The notes under the pieces were generated by a model. That model worked only from the letters and a program-made list of their open reading frames with translations. It searched no databases and was not told where the DNA came from. A stretch of DNA of 64,000 nucleotides from Patescibacteria group bacterium (lineage in GTDB: Bacteria; Patescibacteriota; Patescibacteriia; UM-FILTER-42-10), in contig JBAYKW010000007.1 in the NCBI GenBank assembly GCA_041664365.1, positions 434-64,433 of the forward strand. Direction: 5' to 3'. The position numbers and the translations under genes are program-made. This document shows, one piece after another, positions 46,761-56,484 of the stretch. Positions within the stretch are counted from its first letter, which is position 1, and every line of letters starts with the position of its first letter.

Positions 46761-47541
46761 GCGAAAAATAAGAAAAATTGCATTGGGGTCGATACCATTT
46801 TTGACTATTTTAGTTGTTTGGGATTTGTTTTACTATTTTAACCAAGACCTAAAATGGCTGATTCCTTCCCCGCTTCAGACTGTCTCATCTTTTTGGCAGA
46901 TGGTTACTGATGGAACGTTTTTAAAGTTGATATCAGTCAGTATATTCAATCTGATCCCGCCCTATATTTTTGCAATAATTTGTGCTGTAGTACTCGGCAC
47001 CTTGATGGGGGTTAATAAAACTGTCCATAAAATTTTCTTTCCATTCTTGTCTGCAATTTACCCGGTACCATCATTGGCTTGGCTTCCGTTTATGATACTG
47101 TTTTTAGGATTTACCAGAGAGGCAATTTGGTTTGTTATTTTTGTTTCCAGCTTCATGAAGATTATTTACAATGTTATCAGCGGGATTCAAAATGTTAATA
47201 TCGAATATGTTTTGGTGGCAAAGAATTTCGGTTTTAGTAAAACTAAGATTGTGTTTGATGTATTTCTGCCATCCGCTCTTCCTCAGATTATGACGGGGCT
47301 TAGAGTAGGTTTTGGTTCTGCTTGGAGATCTTTGATTGGAGCGGAAATGTTGGTTGCGACAATCGGGGGGTTAGGAAAATTTATATGGATGTCCCAATGG
47401 TTTTTTGATTTTGACAAGGTAATGGCCGGTATCGTAGTCATTTCTTTAGTAAGTATTTTTATAGAGCAAATAGTATTTAGGCGATTAGAAAAAAATACTT
47501 TGGTTAAGTGGGGGTTTATAAGTGATGAACAAAAAATTTGA
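46738..47541 (+). CDS. ABC transporter permease (BPD-transport family)
   Basis: 6 TM; EAA-like loop GAEMLVA. Confidence 0.75.
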   Translation: MLKMKFTKRKIRKIALGSIPFLTILVVWDLFYYFNQDLKWLIPSPLQTVSSFWQMVTDGTFLKLISVSIFNLIPPYIFAIICAVVLGTLMGVNKTVHKIFFPFLSAIYPVPSLAWLPFMILFLGFTREAIWFVIFVSSFMKIIYNVISGIQNVNIEYVLVAKNFGFSKTKIVFDVFLPSALPQIMTGLRVGFGSAWRSLIGAEMLVATIGGLGKFIWMSQWFFDFDKVMAGIVVISLVSIFIEQIVFRRLEKNTLVKWGFISDEQKI

Positions 47542-47584
47542 TTCACTTTATCAGCGGAGTTAATGTTAAAATAAATCCAAACAT

Positions 47585-47995
47585 ATGACCGAAATCCCAA
47601 ATAAGCTTTACAGGACCAGTGTTAAAGCTTTGATATTGGACGATAAAAAAAGATTTTTACTTTTATTGGAAGAAAATGGTTATTGGGACCTCCCTGGGGG
47701 TGGACTTGATTTCGGGGAAAATTCTCATGATTGTATTATAAGGGAGTTAAATGAAGAAACGGGATTGGAAGTTATCCATATTAAAAAGAATCCGTCCTAT
47801 TTTATAACGGCTTTGCATATGAACGGTCAGTGGAAAGCCAATATACTATATGAAACACAGGTAAAAGATCTAAATTTTACTTCTTCCAAAGAATGCGTGG
47901 AAATAAGATTTTTTACAAAGGAGGAAGCGTCCAAGGAAAAGATTTATCCTAATGTTAAAGAATTTTTAAAAGAGTACAATCCAAATAACCACTAG
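47585..47995 (+). CDS. NUDIX hydrolase
   Basis: Nudix box GG.LDFGENSHDCIIRELNEETGL. Confidence 0.8.
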   Translation: MTEIPNKLYRTSVKALILDDKKRFLLLLEENGYWDLPGGGLDFGENSHDCIIRELNEETGLEVIHIKKNPSYFITALHMNGQWKANILYETQVKDLNFTSSKECVEIRFFTKEEASKEKIYPNVKEFLKEYNPNNH

Positions 47996-48020
47996 CAAAA
48001 AAACAGAGGAATCGATTTTG

Positions 48021-48107
48021 TATGAATAGAATAATTAACAAATTTGCTAAGGAACTAAGTTTCCAAACCGGCCGTTACATGCTCTCGCCGGAGTTTTTAA
48101 GTTTGTG
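48021..48107 (+). pseudogene. Truncated duplicate of the 5' end of the radical SAM gene (28 codons then TGA), retaining the native Shine-Dalgarno
   Basis: MNRIINKFAKELSFQTGRYMLSPEFLSL* versus MNKILNKLAKELSFQTGRYMLSPEFLSLVITM... at 50124; 37-nt identical core. Confidence 0.7.
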
Positions 48108-48193
48108 AGGTAGTAAATTTATATTGGCATTGGTATATTTGGTGTATCACCATTGACTTCATGTTTCAGTTATGATACAATAATGTCATACAT

Positions 48194-48829
48194 ATGAAAC
48201 GTAAATCAAAAAGTAATCTCCTTGAAGAGCTAACATCTTTACCATATTTTACTAAAGATCTTATTTGTCAATTAGGTAAAGCCGAAAATAGCTATAGTCT
48301 AAAAGATAGCACTATTGATACATATATAAGCCGTTTTCTTAAGGAAAAAGAAATAATCTCTTTAAAAAGAGGTTTATATGTGTCGATGGACTTTTATAAT
48401 AGTAACAAGGATAATCTGTCATATTCATTTTTTCTTGCGAATATTATTAAGAAGCCTTCATATATAAGTTCTTGGGCCGCTCTTCAGTACTACAATCTTT
48501 CTACTGAAATAATACATACAATCACATCAATTACACCAAGAGTCACAAGAAATTATGAAACAAAAATTGGTACTTTTTCATATCAGTCTGTAAAGAAGAA
48601 CTTATTTTCTGACTTTTCTTTTGTAAAAGATAAGTTTGAATTTTTTATTGCCTCCCCCTCTAAGGCTTTATTTGATTTACTTTATTTCAAAACAAGACAA
48701 TTTAGAGGTATAAAGATTAACGATGTAGATTCAATAATTGAAGACTTACGCATTGATATTAGTGAATTGGGCGAAGAAGAGCGGAAGAGATTTTATTTTA
48801 TGATAAATAAAAATATACGTCATGGATAA
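48194..48829 (+). CDS. abiEi: AbiEi-family type IV toxin-antitoxin antitoxin (wHTH transcriptional regulator)
   Basis: 211 aa; N-terminal wHTH with ...ISLKRGLYV (the RG(L/V)Y AbiEi signature); 8-bp overlap with the toxin gene. Confidence 0.6.
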   Translation: MKRKSKSNLLEELTSLPYFTKDLICQLGKAENSYSLKDSTIDTYISRFLKEKEIISLKRGLYVSMDFYNSNKDNLSYSFFLANIIKKPSYISSWAALQYYNLSTEIIHTITSITPRVTRNYETKIGTFSYQSVKKNLFSDFSFVKDKFEFFIASPSKALFDLLYFKTRQFRGIKINDVDSIIEDLRIDISELGEEERKRFYFMINKNIRHG

Positions 48830-50114
48830 TCAAATCATTGTAGCACTTAAAAAAAAGATAGAAGAAATTTCTGCATATGAAGGGGTTGATGCGGAAACTC
48901 AACGCAACTCAATAAAGGAATACCTACAGTTTTATGTGCTTAATTTTATTTATCACCATCCAGAATACAGCAACTGGATTATGTATGGAGGTTCAGCGCT
49001 TCGCATTTGTCATGATCTTAATAGGATGTCGGTTGATTTAGATTTTGAGGTTAATCACGTAATCACAAACGATTTTCTGGAAAAACTGAAGGTAGAAATA
49101 GCCGTCCATTTTGAAAATATATATAATATCGATTCTAGTTCTCTTAGTATTGGGATTACAAATAATAGGGGTGTCACATTAAAATTTCATATAGGAGAAG
49201 AGCTCGGTTTGGGGTTTGCTTCTAAGCAGGTGCATATAAAAATCGATCTAAATCATTTTGTCGCACCAAAAACGGTAGTTGTAGAGCACATACCAAAGAA
49301 CGAGAATCAACTTTCGTTTGTAATTAAAACGTATAATTTATCCGCGCTCATGGCAAGTAAAATTGCCGCAATTTTTCTACGAGGGCCACGTGGAGTTGGT
49401 AGGGTGGTACATGAAGAAAAAGGACGTGATATATATGATCTGCTTTGGTATATGAATAAAAAAATTGTACCTGATTTGGATTACTTATCCGCCAAAGATA
49501 TTAAGTTTGCAGATCCAAAAGAACTATTCAATAATATTACCATTAAGATATTAAACAATCCAAAAACAGATGTAAATCTTAAACATGATTTAACCCCTCT
49601 TTTTATGGATCAAGCCTTTATAAATAATTGGCTCATTAATTGGAGGGATAGTTATCTACAATATCTCAAAGACTATAGAATTCATACCGTATCCACTCTC
49701 GAAAAAATAAGTATAACCCAAGAATTTCATACTGACATATTTTATTTTATATATTGGTATAATATTGAAGATGGAAATCAAGCGAGAATCATATTTCGTA
49801 TTAGTGATTATTGGATTGAATATGGGGAAGGGGATTTAGCAGTCAAGGTTAGTGAAAAAGTAAAGAGGCTGTGTGAATTTAATAGTAATGGATGGACAAG
49901 CCATCCTCCGTCGCAGGATAAATTAATGGAATATGCCGAGCTATTTTACCAAAAGATTGAGCGGTATCTTAAAAAAACAAACCACATAATGCTGGGTGAA
50001 ATTATTACTACTAAACTAATACGGATGACTACTGATCATTTAAACCAGCAAGAACAAATATTATTAAATAAGTCCGCTCTACTTTCTTGTGAATTAGATG
50101 ATTTATTAAAATAA
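48822..50114 (+). CDS. abiEii: AbiEii/AbiGii-family nucleotidyltransferase toxin (DUF1814) with about 130-aa C-terminal extension
   Basis: MYGGSALRICHDLNRMSVDLDFE (GG.AL...DLD NTase motif); 430 aa. Confidence 0.6.
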   Translation: MDNQIIVALKKKIEEISAYEGVDAETQRNSIKEYLQFYVLNFIYHHPEYSNWIMYGGSALRICHDLNRMSVDLDFEVNHVITNDFLEKLKVEIAVHFENIYNIDSSSLSIGITNNRGVTLKFHIGEELGLGFASKQVHIKIDLNHFVAPKTVVVEHIPKNENQLSFVIKTYNLSALMASKIAAIFLRGPRGVGRVVHEEKGRDIYDLLWYMNKKIVPDLDYLSAKDIKFADPKELFNNITIKILNNPKTDVNLKHDLTPLFMDQAFINNWLINWRDSYLQYLKDYRIHTVSTLEKISITQEFHTDIFYFIYWYNIEDGNQARIIFRISDYWIEYGEGDLAVKVSEKVKRLCEFNSNGWTSHPPSQDKLMEYAELFYQKIERYLKKTNHIMLGEIITTKLIRMTTDHLNQQEQILLNKSALLSCELDDLLK

Positions 50115-50123
50115 ATTATTATT

Positions 50124-50208
50124 GTGAATAAAATATTAAACAAACTAGCTAAGGAACTGAGTTTCCAAACCGGCCGTTACATGCTCTCGCCGGAGTTCTT
50201 AAGTTTGG
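50124..50208 (+). repeat. Direct repeat copy B (about 85 bp) of 48021-48105
   Basis: Shared core gtttccaaaccggccgttacatgctctcgccggagtt. Confidence 0.75.
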
Positions 50209-51137
50209 TGATCACCATGAAATGCAACTTCAAATGCCAATCCTGTTCGATCTGGCAGAAACCGTTTGAGAAAGAATTGGAGCAAGAAGATTGGGTAAAG
50301 ATTATTGAAAAATTGACTCACACATTAAAGCCGAATACTTTCGTAGAAATCAATGGCGGAGAGCCGTTAATCAGAAAAGACCTAGTAATATTTTTAATCA
50401 AGGAATTAAAGAAACATTTTAATAAAGTTGCATTGAACTCCAACGGATTACTGGTAAATGAAACAAACTTGGATGAATTGAAACAGGCCGGTTTAGATCT
50501 GATTAAGATATCACTCTACAGTTTAGAGGAAGAAGTACATAATAGTATGCGCGGGCACAGTCTGGCCTTTCAGCATGCTAAAAGAGCGGTAGAACTGATT
50601 ACCCAAAAGCAGATTCCACTTGAAATTGGTTTGTTAGTTACAACGAAAAATATTAAAACTGCTCCGGCACTTATTCAGTATCTTCAAAAATTACCGAACA
50701 CTTCAATCATTCTTCAACCTTTGGATGAAAAAATTGAATCAGCGGAATCAAAAGACCAGAAGGATAATAATCTGATTCCTGACCTTTGGCCGGAGAAAGA
50801 AGATGTGGTCAGTTTCTTCGACTGGGTGGAAAAACATAACCAGGGTATCAAGAATTCCTTGCCCAATATTAAAGCGATACGCCAGTATTATTTGAACCCA
50901 CCCGACATATTGAAATACCGTTGTTTTGCCGGGCAAAGGAATCTGGTGATATATCCAGGTGGAGATGTTGCGTTTTGTTTTAAAAGGAAAGCGATTGGCA
51001 ATATAAACAATCAAGACATAGAATTAATGTTAAAAAATGCCTCTGGTGAAAGAAAGCAGATAAAATATTGTCAGATCGTGGGTTGTAATTTTTCGCGCGG
51101 ATTAAAGGAAGCAATCCACGACAGAATTACGAAATAA
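50124..51137 (+). CDS. Radical SAM protein with C-terminal SPASM/twitch-like Cys cluster; GTG start without a Shine-Dalgarno
   Basis: CNFKCQSC (CX3CX2C), NGGEPL; C-terminal C..C..C..C pattern (RCFAG, AFCF, KYCQIVGCNF). Confidence 0.75.
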   Translation: MNKILNKLAKELSFQTGRYMLSPEFLSLVITMKCNFKCQSCSIWQKPFEKELEQEDWVKIIEKLTHTLKPNTFVEINGGEPLIRKDLVIFLIKELKKHFNKVALNSNGLLVNETNLDELKQAGLDLIKISLYSLEEEVHNSMRGHSLAFQHAKRAVELITQKQIPLEIGLLVTTKNIKTAPALIQYLQKLPNTSIILQPLDEKIESAESKDQKDNNLIPDLWPEKEDVVSFFDWVEKHNQGIKNSLPNIKAIRQYYLNPPDILKYRCFAGQRNLVIYPGGDVAFCFKRKAIGNINNQDIELMLKNASGERKQIKYCQIVGCNFSRGLKEAIHDRITK

Positions 51138-51154
51138 AATTAAATAAATAGCAT

Positions 51155-51183
51155 AAATCCCTCATTAGCGAGGGATTTTTTAG
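51155..51183. terminator. Bidirectional terminator ATCCCTC...GAGGGAT + T6
   Basis: Between convergent genes. Confidence 0.6.
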
Positions 51184-51205
51184 ATTAATATGTTAGTCTT
51201 AATAA

Positions 51206-52018
51206 CTAGTTGTCTGGATAGATAACTATCATGACTCTCCGACCATTTGTTGGGTCGCCGTTGTTCCAATCATGAGTGGCATTGATCAGAACATCCGGAT
51301 CATAGACATAGTCGTGTCCTTTGCGGGTGCCGGGGTCATTGGTAATAATCTGTGTTTCCGTCCAGCCTTTAACCACCAGCGCGTGATAGAGCGGACCCGG
51401 TTGTTTAAAATTCGGATTGCCAAGCTCGCGTCCTGCGGAGAGCAGAATCACTGGTTTTCCTTGAGCAACTTGTTGTTTAATGTCATTAATTGTGATGTCA
51501 TAAACTACATCCACTCTTTTGTAATGGTAAAAATCTTTGATCAACTGAGCGGTTTCTTCCGCGGAAGTACTTTTATAATCGCCATATTGGACATTTTGAA
51601 AATCTACCAGCGCGAGCAGCTCATTGTCGGCGGTTTGAGTGTCTTCAAACGGTTTGTTTTCGTAAAAACGATGTACCATCAAAAGCGCCGCTTCTTCGCA
51701 AGTGTCTTCGTGAATTTCATCCCAATTTGCAAGCGGGGCTTGTGAAGTAAAGGGTACATCGAGATTGAGTGTTTTTGGTATGTTAATTGCGACATTTGCA
51801 TTTACTTGATTCAAGTTGACATTAGCAGAATTGGTATTTCGGTTTTCGTTTGACGCCTTCGTGTTTGTATTGGCTGAAATATCATTATATGAAACAGCAT
51901 CAGGTACCGGTTCTTCAAACTGCTCTTTAACCCAATCAGAAACCGGCACGCGGTACCAGTAAAGTACGGCGAGTAATGCGGTGATGATAATTATGCTGAT
52001 GAATAATTTTTTCTTCAT
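51206..52018 (-). CDS. Membrane-anchored papain-fold C39-like peptidase domain protein
   Basis: DTCEEAALLMV (catalytic Cys context) and GHDYVYD; paralogous to the C-terminus of 53629-55569. Confidence 0.5.
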   Translation of the reverse strand: MKKKLFISIIIITALLAVLYWYRVPVSDWVKEQFEEPVPDAVSYNDISANTNTKASNENRNTNSANVNLNQVNANVAINIPKTLNLDVPFTSQAPLANWDEIHEDTCEEAALLMVHRFYENKPFEDTQTADNELLALVDFQNVQYGDYKSTSAEETAQLIKDFYHYKRVDVVYDITINDIKQQVAQGKPVILLSAGRELGNPNFKQPGPLYHALVVKGWTETQIITNDPGTRKGHDYVYDPDVLINATHDWNNGDPTNGRRVMIVIYPDN

Positions 52019-52050
52019 GGTTTTTTGATTGGATCAGGAAGGTTACTACA

Positions 52051-53619
52051 TCATGACCGCTTTGTCAAGCCACTAAGGCGCGTAAACCAGGAACGGACGA
52101 TAGTTGTGTTTTCATCACGCAGGGCATTGCTTACCAAAAAATAAACGAATGCACCGATTAAAACCCCGCTGATGATTTGGATAATCCCCGTCAATGTTCC
52201 GGCTGTGAAAGCGGAACGGAACCACCACAAATAAACGGAGAGAATAGCTGACATAGCCAGCGTGGCAATAATACTGGTACGGGTAGTTGTGATGAAAGAG
52301 GCAATATGGAATCCCTGTACGCGTTTATGGAGGATTAGTAATAGTAATGTTAATTGCAATGCATTCGCAATAGCAAATCCAAGTGGAAGTCCCGCAACGC
52401 CGATCCATTTTGTGAAGGCAAGCGCGCTGACGATATTAGTGGCGGTCATTGCCAGAGAAATTAAGAGCGGAGTCTTGGTATCAAGTTGAGCATAAAATGC
52501 GCGTAGCAGCAGATGGACGACGCTTTCTAAAGGTGTTACCAGGCAGAAGACGCCGAGCGTGAAAGCGGTGGCACGCATGTTGGCATCTGTGAATTGCCCA
52601 CCACTAAAAAGCACATCCGTTATCTCGAAGCGGAGTAGGAACATACCTACGCCAGCCGGCAAGGTAAAAAAAAGGATCCGGGAAAATGTACGGCGGATAT
52701 GTTCCACAAATTTTGGCCAGTCACGGGTACTGGCGGTATCGGTTAGTGTCGGTGAAACAGCGGTGGCCAGCGCAATCCCGAATAAACTGACGGGTAGACT
52801 TTGCAAATTTCTGGAAAGATTAAAAACGGCGATACTGCCGACTGCGAGTGTTGATGCAATGGCATTCCACGCCCAGAGATTTGCCTGAACCGCCATCAGA
52901 TTAATCATGCGCGGGACCATCAGCGTGCCGATCTTGCGGAGTGCCGGGTGTTTTAAATCCAGAATGGGAGTATAACGATATGGTGTGCGGATCAGTTCCA
53001 CAAATCTAAACAGCAGATGCAAAAAAGCACCCGCAATAGTGCCGATAACAGCGGCATGGATGCCGAATTTTTCACTGAATATTAATAGGCCACCAACAAT
53101 ACCGATATTATAAAAAACGGGGGAAAAAGCATAACTGGCAAACCGTTTCATGGAAACTAGGATTGAACCGAATGCATTGGAAAGTGAAAAAAGCAGTGGC
53201 GAGAGCAGCATCAGGCGGGACAGTTCGACGGTAAGCGTTCTTTGTTCACCGTCAAATCCTGGCGCCACCAGTCTGATCAGCACCGGCATCAAAAAGAAAA
53301 CGATTACTGAAAGTATGGTCAGGACAATCGCTGTAAGGTTGAGTACTGTGTTTGCAACACGAAATGCTTCAGAGTTTTGTTTGCGCGCAGTGATATCGGT
53401 CAGGACCGGCATCAGTACCGAAAGAGAAACACCGGCAAATAAGAGATTGGCAATAACATCCGGGATGATAAACGCGGTGTTATATGCATCAAGCGCGGCA
53501 CCGGCGCCGAATGTCGAAGCCAGAAGGCGGTCCCGAAACAAGCCAAGTAGATAACTCAGTAATGATGCTGCGCCCAAAACTAAAGCGCCTCGGGTAATGG
53601 ATTGTGATTTCAATTGCAT
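52051..53619 (-). CDS. murJ: Lipid II flippase MurJ
   Basis: 522 aa, 14 TM, MviN/MurJ family. Confidence 0.85.
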   Translation of the reverse strand: MQLKSQSITRGALVLGAASLLSYLLGLFRDRLLASTFGAGAALDAYNTAFIIPDVIANLLFAGVSLSVLMPVLTDITARKQNSEAFRVANTVLNLTAIVLTILSVIVFFLMPVLIRLVAPGFDGEQRTLTVELSRLMLLSPLLFSLSNAFGSILVSMKRFASYAFSPVFYNIGIVGGLLIFSEKFGIHAAVIGTIAGAFLHLLFRFVELIRTPYRYTPILDLKHPALRKIGTLMVPRMINLMAVQANLWAWNAIASTLAVGSIAVFNLSRNLQSLPVSLFGIALATAVSPTLTDTASTRDWPKFVEHIRRTFSRILFFTLPAGVGMFLLRFEITDVLFSGGQFTDANMRATAFTLGVFCLVTPLESVVHLLLRAFYAQLDTKTPLLISLAMTATNIVSALAFTKWIGVAGLPLGFAIANALQLTLLLLILHKRVQGFHIASFITTTRTSIIATLAMSAILSVYLWWFRSAFTAGTLTGIIQIISGVLIGAFVYFLVSNALRDENTTIVRSWFTRLSGLTKRS

Positions 53620-53628
53620 AAAAATTGG

Positions 53629-55569
53629 TTAGCGGACGACGACTCCGGCATTGCCGAAAATGCCCCAGTCCTGTTCGAAGCGGGCCTTGGTCCAATAAAT
53701 TTGCCCGGCATAAGTGTCATTTAAAATAATCTGAGTTGGGTTATCTTTATTACCGACGTAGCCGATGACGGTGCGGGCATGTTCGCCCTTCCAGGCATAG
53801 ATATATTTTCCGGCGGGTGTGTGCCAGGAATCTTCATAGCCGGAGCCATAAACTCCCCACACAACAACCGCGTTGCCTTTGCTGATTTCTTCCGTGATTT
53901 GTGTCACAGTCCAACCGGTAAAGGCCTCAGAGGGACGCCAGTGGTTGGCTGCGCGGGCAATTGGGTCCCAATAGACACCGTAGCCGGAGGTATTCTGTCT
54001 ACCGCGGATATCGCCGACAAAAGCTTCATATGGATCACCCCAAGTTGCGCCGGAGTGTGGTGTAGTATCGTAACCGACATAGGCCATAATGTCGCTTTCT
54101 GAGACAGAAACTCCTTTACCAGCCAGCGCCATTTTCAAGGCGGCGGCCTCGCAGGATAAAGGTAAATCCTGCAGGTCGCTTGCGATAGTAAGCTTCACTA
54201 CTTCCGGTTCTGTTGTGAAAGAATATGATAAATCTTTTGTTAGATCGAGCCCGTGCACACTTACTATGCCACTTTTTAAATTCAGTTTATAGGTTGAATT
54301 ATTCTGGAAAGCGTCTGATGGCTGGATAATCATCGTGTTCCCTTCCCAGCGAAAGGTAAGTGGTATACTTGGTTCAAGTGTAATATGTGCTTCGGCTGAC
54401 ACATGATCTACTTCCTGATTAAATGCGATTCGAATTCCGCTTTTACTCCCAACTCCGGTGGCATTGTTCCCCGGAGATGTACGGAGTACTTTAATTTCTC
54501 CAATGGTTGTAAATTTATATGAAAGAGGTTCTTCGAGATAGCCACCACCTTGAGTTTTTGTATCAGCTTTGATCATAACTTCATAATCGGTTCCGTAAGC
54601 TAATTTTGCAGCAGGGGTGACAGTTACAACTGTGGCATCTTCAGAAAGTGTGATGCTAGGGTTGATGTCCGGCGTGACTGATAAATTCGCGCGCAAGGAT
54701 TCCAAGTCCATTGCTTTGGTAAATGTAACAGAAATCGGTGTGTCAATAAAAACCGCTTTCCCAGTTGGAGTCGATTCAGCTATTAGTGGTGGCGCGATTG
54801 TCTTAAAAGCGCCGTCATACATTTTTTCTGGCTCACTGCGATGCACGATTTCGCGGGTTGAAATATCACGAGATACGCTAACCCTGAAAACAGTTAAATT
54901 ATATCTTGTTGATTGCTCAAGCGGTTCAGTCGGTGTGAGTGTATATAGATTTTTTGTTTCATTAATTGTTTCTAGAAAAGCAATTTCCGGATCGAACACA
55001 AACTCGAATTCAGCGATATCAGGGTTCGGTTCGGTCAGTTCAATGGTAATTGGGGTAGCTGGTGAAATGTTTTGTGAACGTATTTCAGGGAATACCGCAA
55101 AAATATCCGGCAGGGGTCTTGTTGTAAATTGAAAAGTGGATGAACTTGTTTTACCTACCGGAAGCGGGCTTTGAATATTTTTTAAATCAACTTGATAAGT
55201 AGTCCCCGCAAGTAGTGTGTGGTTTGGTACAAAACGGATGCGCCGGAAAAAACGTCGGTTGAATAAAGGCGCTTCAAAATGCCACTCACCTTCAATATCG
55301 GGTGAAAGGGAAACTGAAAGCGTCTGCCGATCTACCGGACGGCTGAAATCAATAACAATTGATGTAGAAAGGTCTATGTTTTCAGAAGCTTGCGGACTAA
55401 CCTGCGTAATTGTCGGGGTGAATAAAAAGTTTCTTGCCAGGAAAATAAAAAGTACCAGCACGACTGCAAGTACTCCAAAAATAATAATTGCTCGTGAACG
55501 TAAAAAATTTAGATATTTTTTATTGGCTATATATTTATTCTTTTTATCCTCGGTAAAATTCTGCAGCAT
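53629..55569 (-). CDS. Membrane-anchored protein with tandem Ig-like (Big/SbsA-type) repeats and a C-terminal C39-like peptidase domain
   Basis: N-terminal TM; repeated beta-rich modules; C-terminal LSCEAAALKMAL...GEHARTVIGY. Confidence 0.55.
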   Translation of the reverse strand: MLQNFTEDKKNKYIANKKYLNFLRSRAIIIFGVLAVVLVLFIFLARNFLFTPTITQVSPQASENIDLSTSIVIDFSRPVDRQTLSVSLSPDIEGEWHFEAPLFNRRFFRRIRFVPNHTLLAGTTYQVDLKNIQSPLPVGKTSSSTFQFTTRPLPDIFAVFPEIRSQNISPATPITIELTEPNPDIAEFEFVFDPEIAFLETINETKNLYTLTPTEPLEQSTRYNLTVFRVSVSRDISTREIVHRSEPEKMYDGAFKTIAPPLIAESTPTGKAVFIDTPISVTFTKAMDLESLRANLSVTPDINPSITLSEDATVVTVTPAAKLAYGTDYEVMIKADTKTQGGGYLEEPLSYKFTTIGEIKVLRTSPGNNATGVGSKSGIRIAFNQEVDHVSAEAHITLEPSIPLTFRWEGNTMIIQPSDAFQNNSTYKLNLKSGIVSVHGLDLTKDLSYSFTTEPEVVKLTIASDLQDLPLSCEAAALKMALAGKGVSVSESDIMAYVGYDTTPHSGATWGDPYEAFVGDIRGRQNTSGYGVYWDPIARAANHWRPSEAFTGWTVTQITEEISKGNAVVVWGVYGSGYEDSWHTPAGKYIYAWKGEHARTVIGYVGNKDNPTQIILNDTYAGQIYWTKARFEQDWGIFGNAGVVVR

Positions 55570-56479
55570 CTTCTGGTGAAACGGAATTAATAATTACACC
55601 TGATCCAATTTCCACACCCGCCCAGATTGACCCCCGCGGGGTTATTTTCAGATATAGATGCTGGTCTTCATCATTGATAACCTGATGGAAATAGTAGTTG
55701 TAAGGAAGCCCCAGTTCCGCAACTTTGAGTAAAACCTTTTTCAAGATCTTGGCAAATGACATTCTCTCCGCGCTGGTTAAAACTGTAATATTATCCAGAT
55801 GACGTTTGGGCATAATCCAGATTTCGTAGTTGTGGATGGAAGCATAAGGAGTAAAGGCAATTACGTTTTTATCTTCAAAGACAAAACGTGGTCCTTTGCG
55901 TTCTTCCTTTATTACATCACAATAGACACAAGTTCCTTTTTCCAGTTTATACTCCTGGGTTTTTTGCGATTTATCCATGAGGTGCGGGGGGAGAAATTCG
56001 GTGGCGAATACCTGTGAATGAGCGTGGGCGACTGACTGCCCCGCTTTTCCGCCGTCATTTTTGAAGATTAATATATATTTGATTTTATCCAGTTTTGAAA
56101 TTTCGTAAGTCCGTTCCGCATAAACGTCAAATAGTTTTTTAATGTGGCTTTCCGGCAGATATTCCAGTTCAGTCGCGTGATCCGGTGTTTCAATCACTAA
56201 TTCCTGAACGCCGTAGGCATTAGGATTGTCCAAAGTTACGGCCGGGAATTTATTTTTTAGTGTCAGGAGCGACCAGTTTTTCCCCTGTCCGTCATATTTT
56301 CTGATGATCAAATCCTTTTCAATATTTTCCGGGCAGAAAACACATTTTTTCTCCCTGGTTATTTTACTGACAATCTGTTCAAAATCATGCGGGCGATTTC
56401 CCCGGCGGGGTGCAATGATCACATATTTATCTTGGATGTAATCTTTTCTTATTTCAGATTTTTGGACGTTTTCGCTCAT
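55544..56479 (-). CDS. Galactose-1-phosphate uridylyltransferase-like (HIT superfamily) enzyme
   Basis: CVFCPEN zinc knuckle, HAHSQ (HXHXQ). Confidence 0.65.
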   Translation of the reverse strand: MSENVQKSEIRKDYIQDKYVIIAPRRGNRPHDFEQIVSKITREKKCVFCPENIEKDLIIRKYDGQGKNWSLLTLKNKFPAVTLDNPNAYGVQELVIETPDHATELEYLPESHIKKLFDVYAERTYEISKLDKIKYILIFKNDGGKAGQSVAHAHSQVFATEFLPPHLMDKSQKTQEYKLEKGTCVYCDVIKEERKGPRFVFEDKNVIAFTPYASIHNYEIWIMPKRHLDNITVLTSAERMSFAKILKKVLLKVAELGLPYNYYFHQVINDEDQHLYLKITPRGSIWAGVEIGSGVIINSVSPEDAAEFYRG

Positions 56480-56484
56480 GGTAA

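Noticed and set aside
50124-51137. Viperin-like (pVip) antiviral radical SAM
   Set aside because: The CN(F/Y)KC start resembles viperin, but the C-terminal multi-Cys twitch/SPASM-like region and lack of viperin C-terminal motifs argue for a SPASM-family maturase instead.
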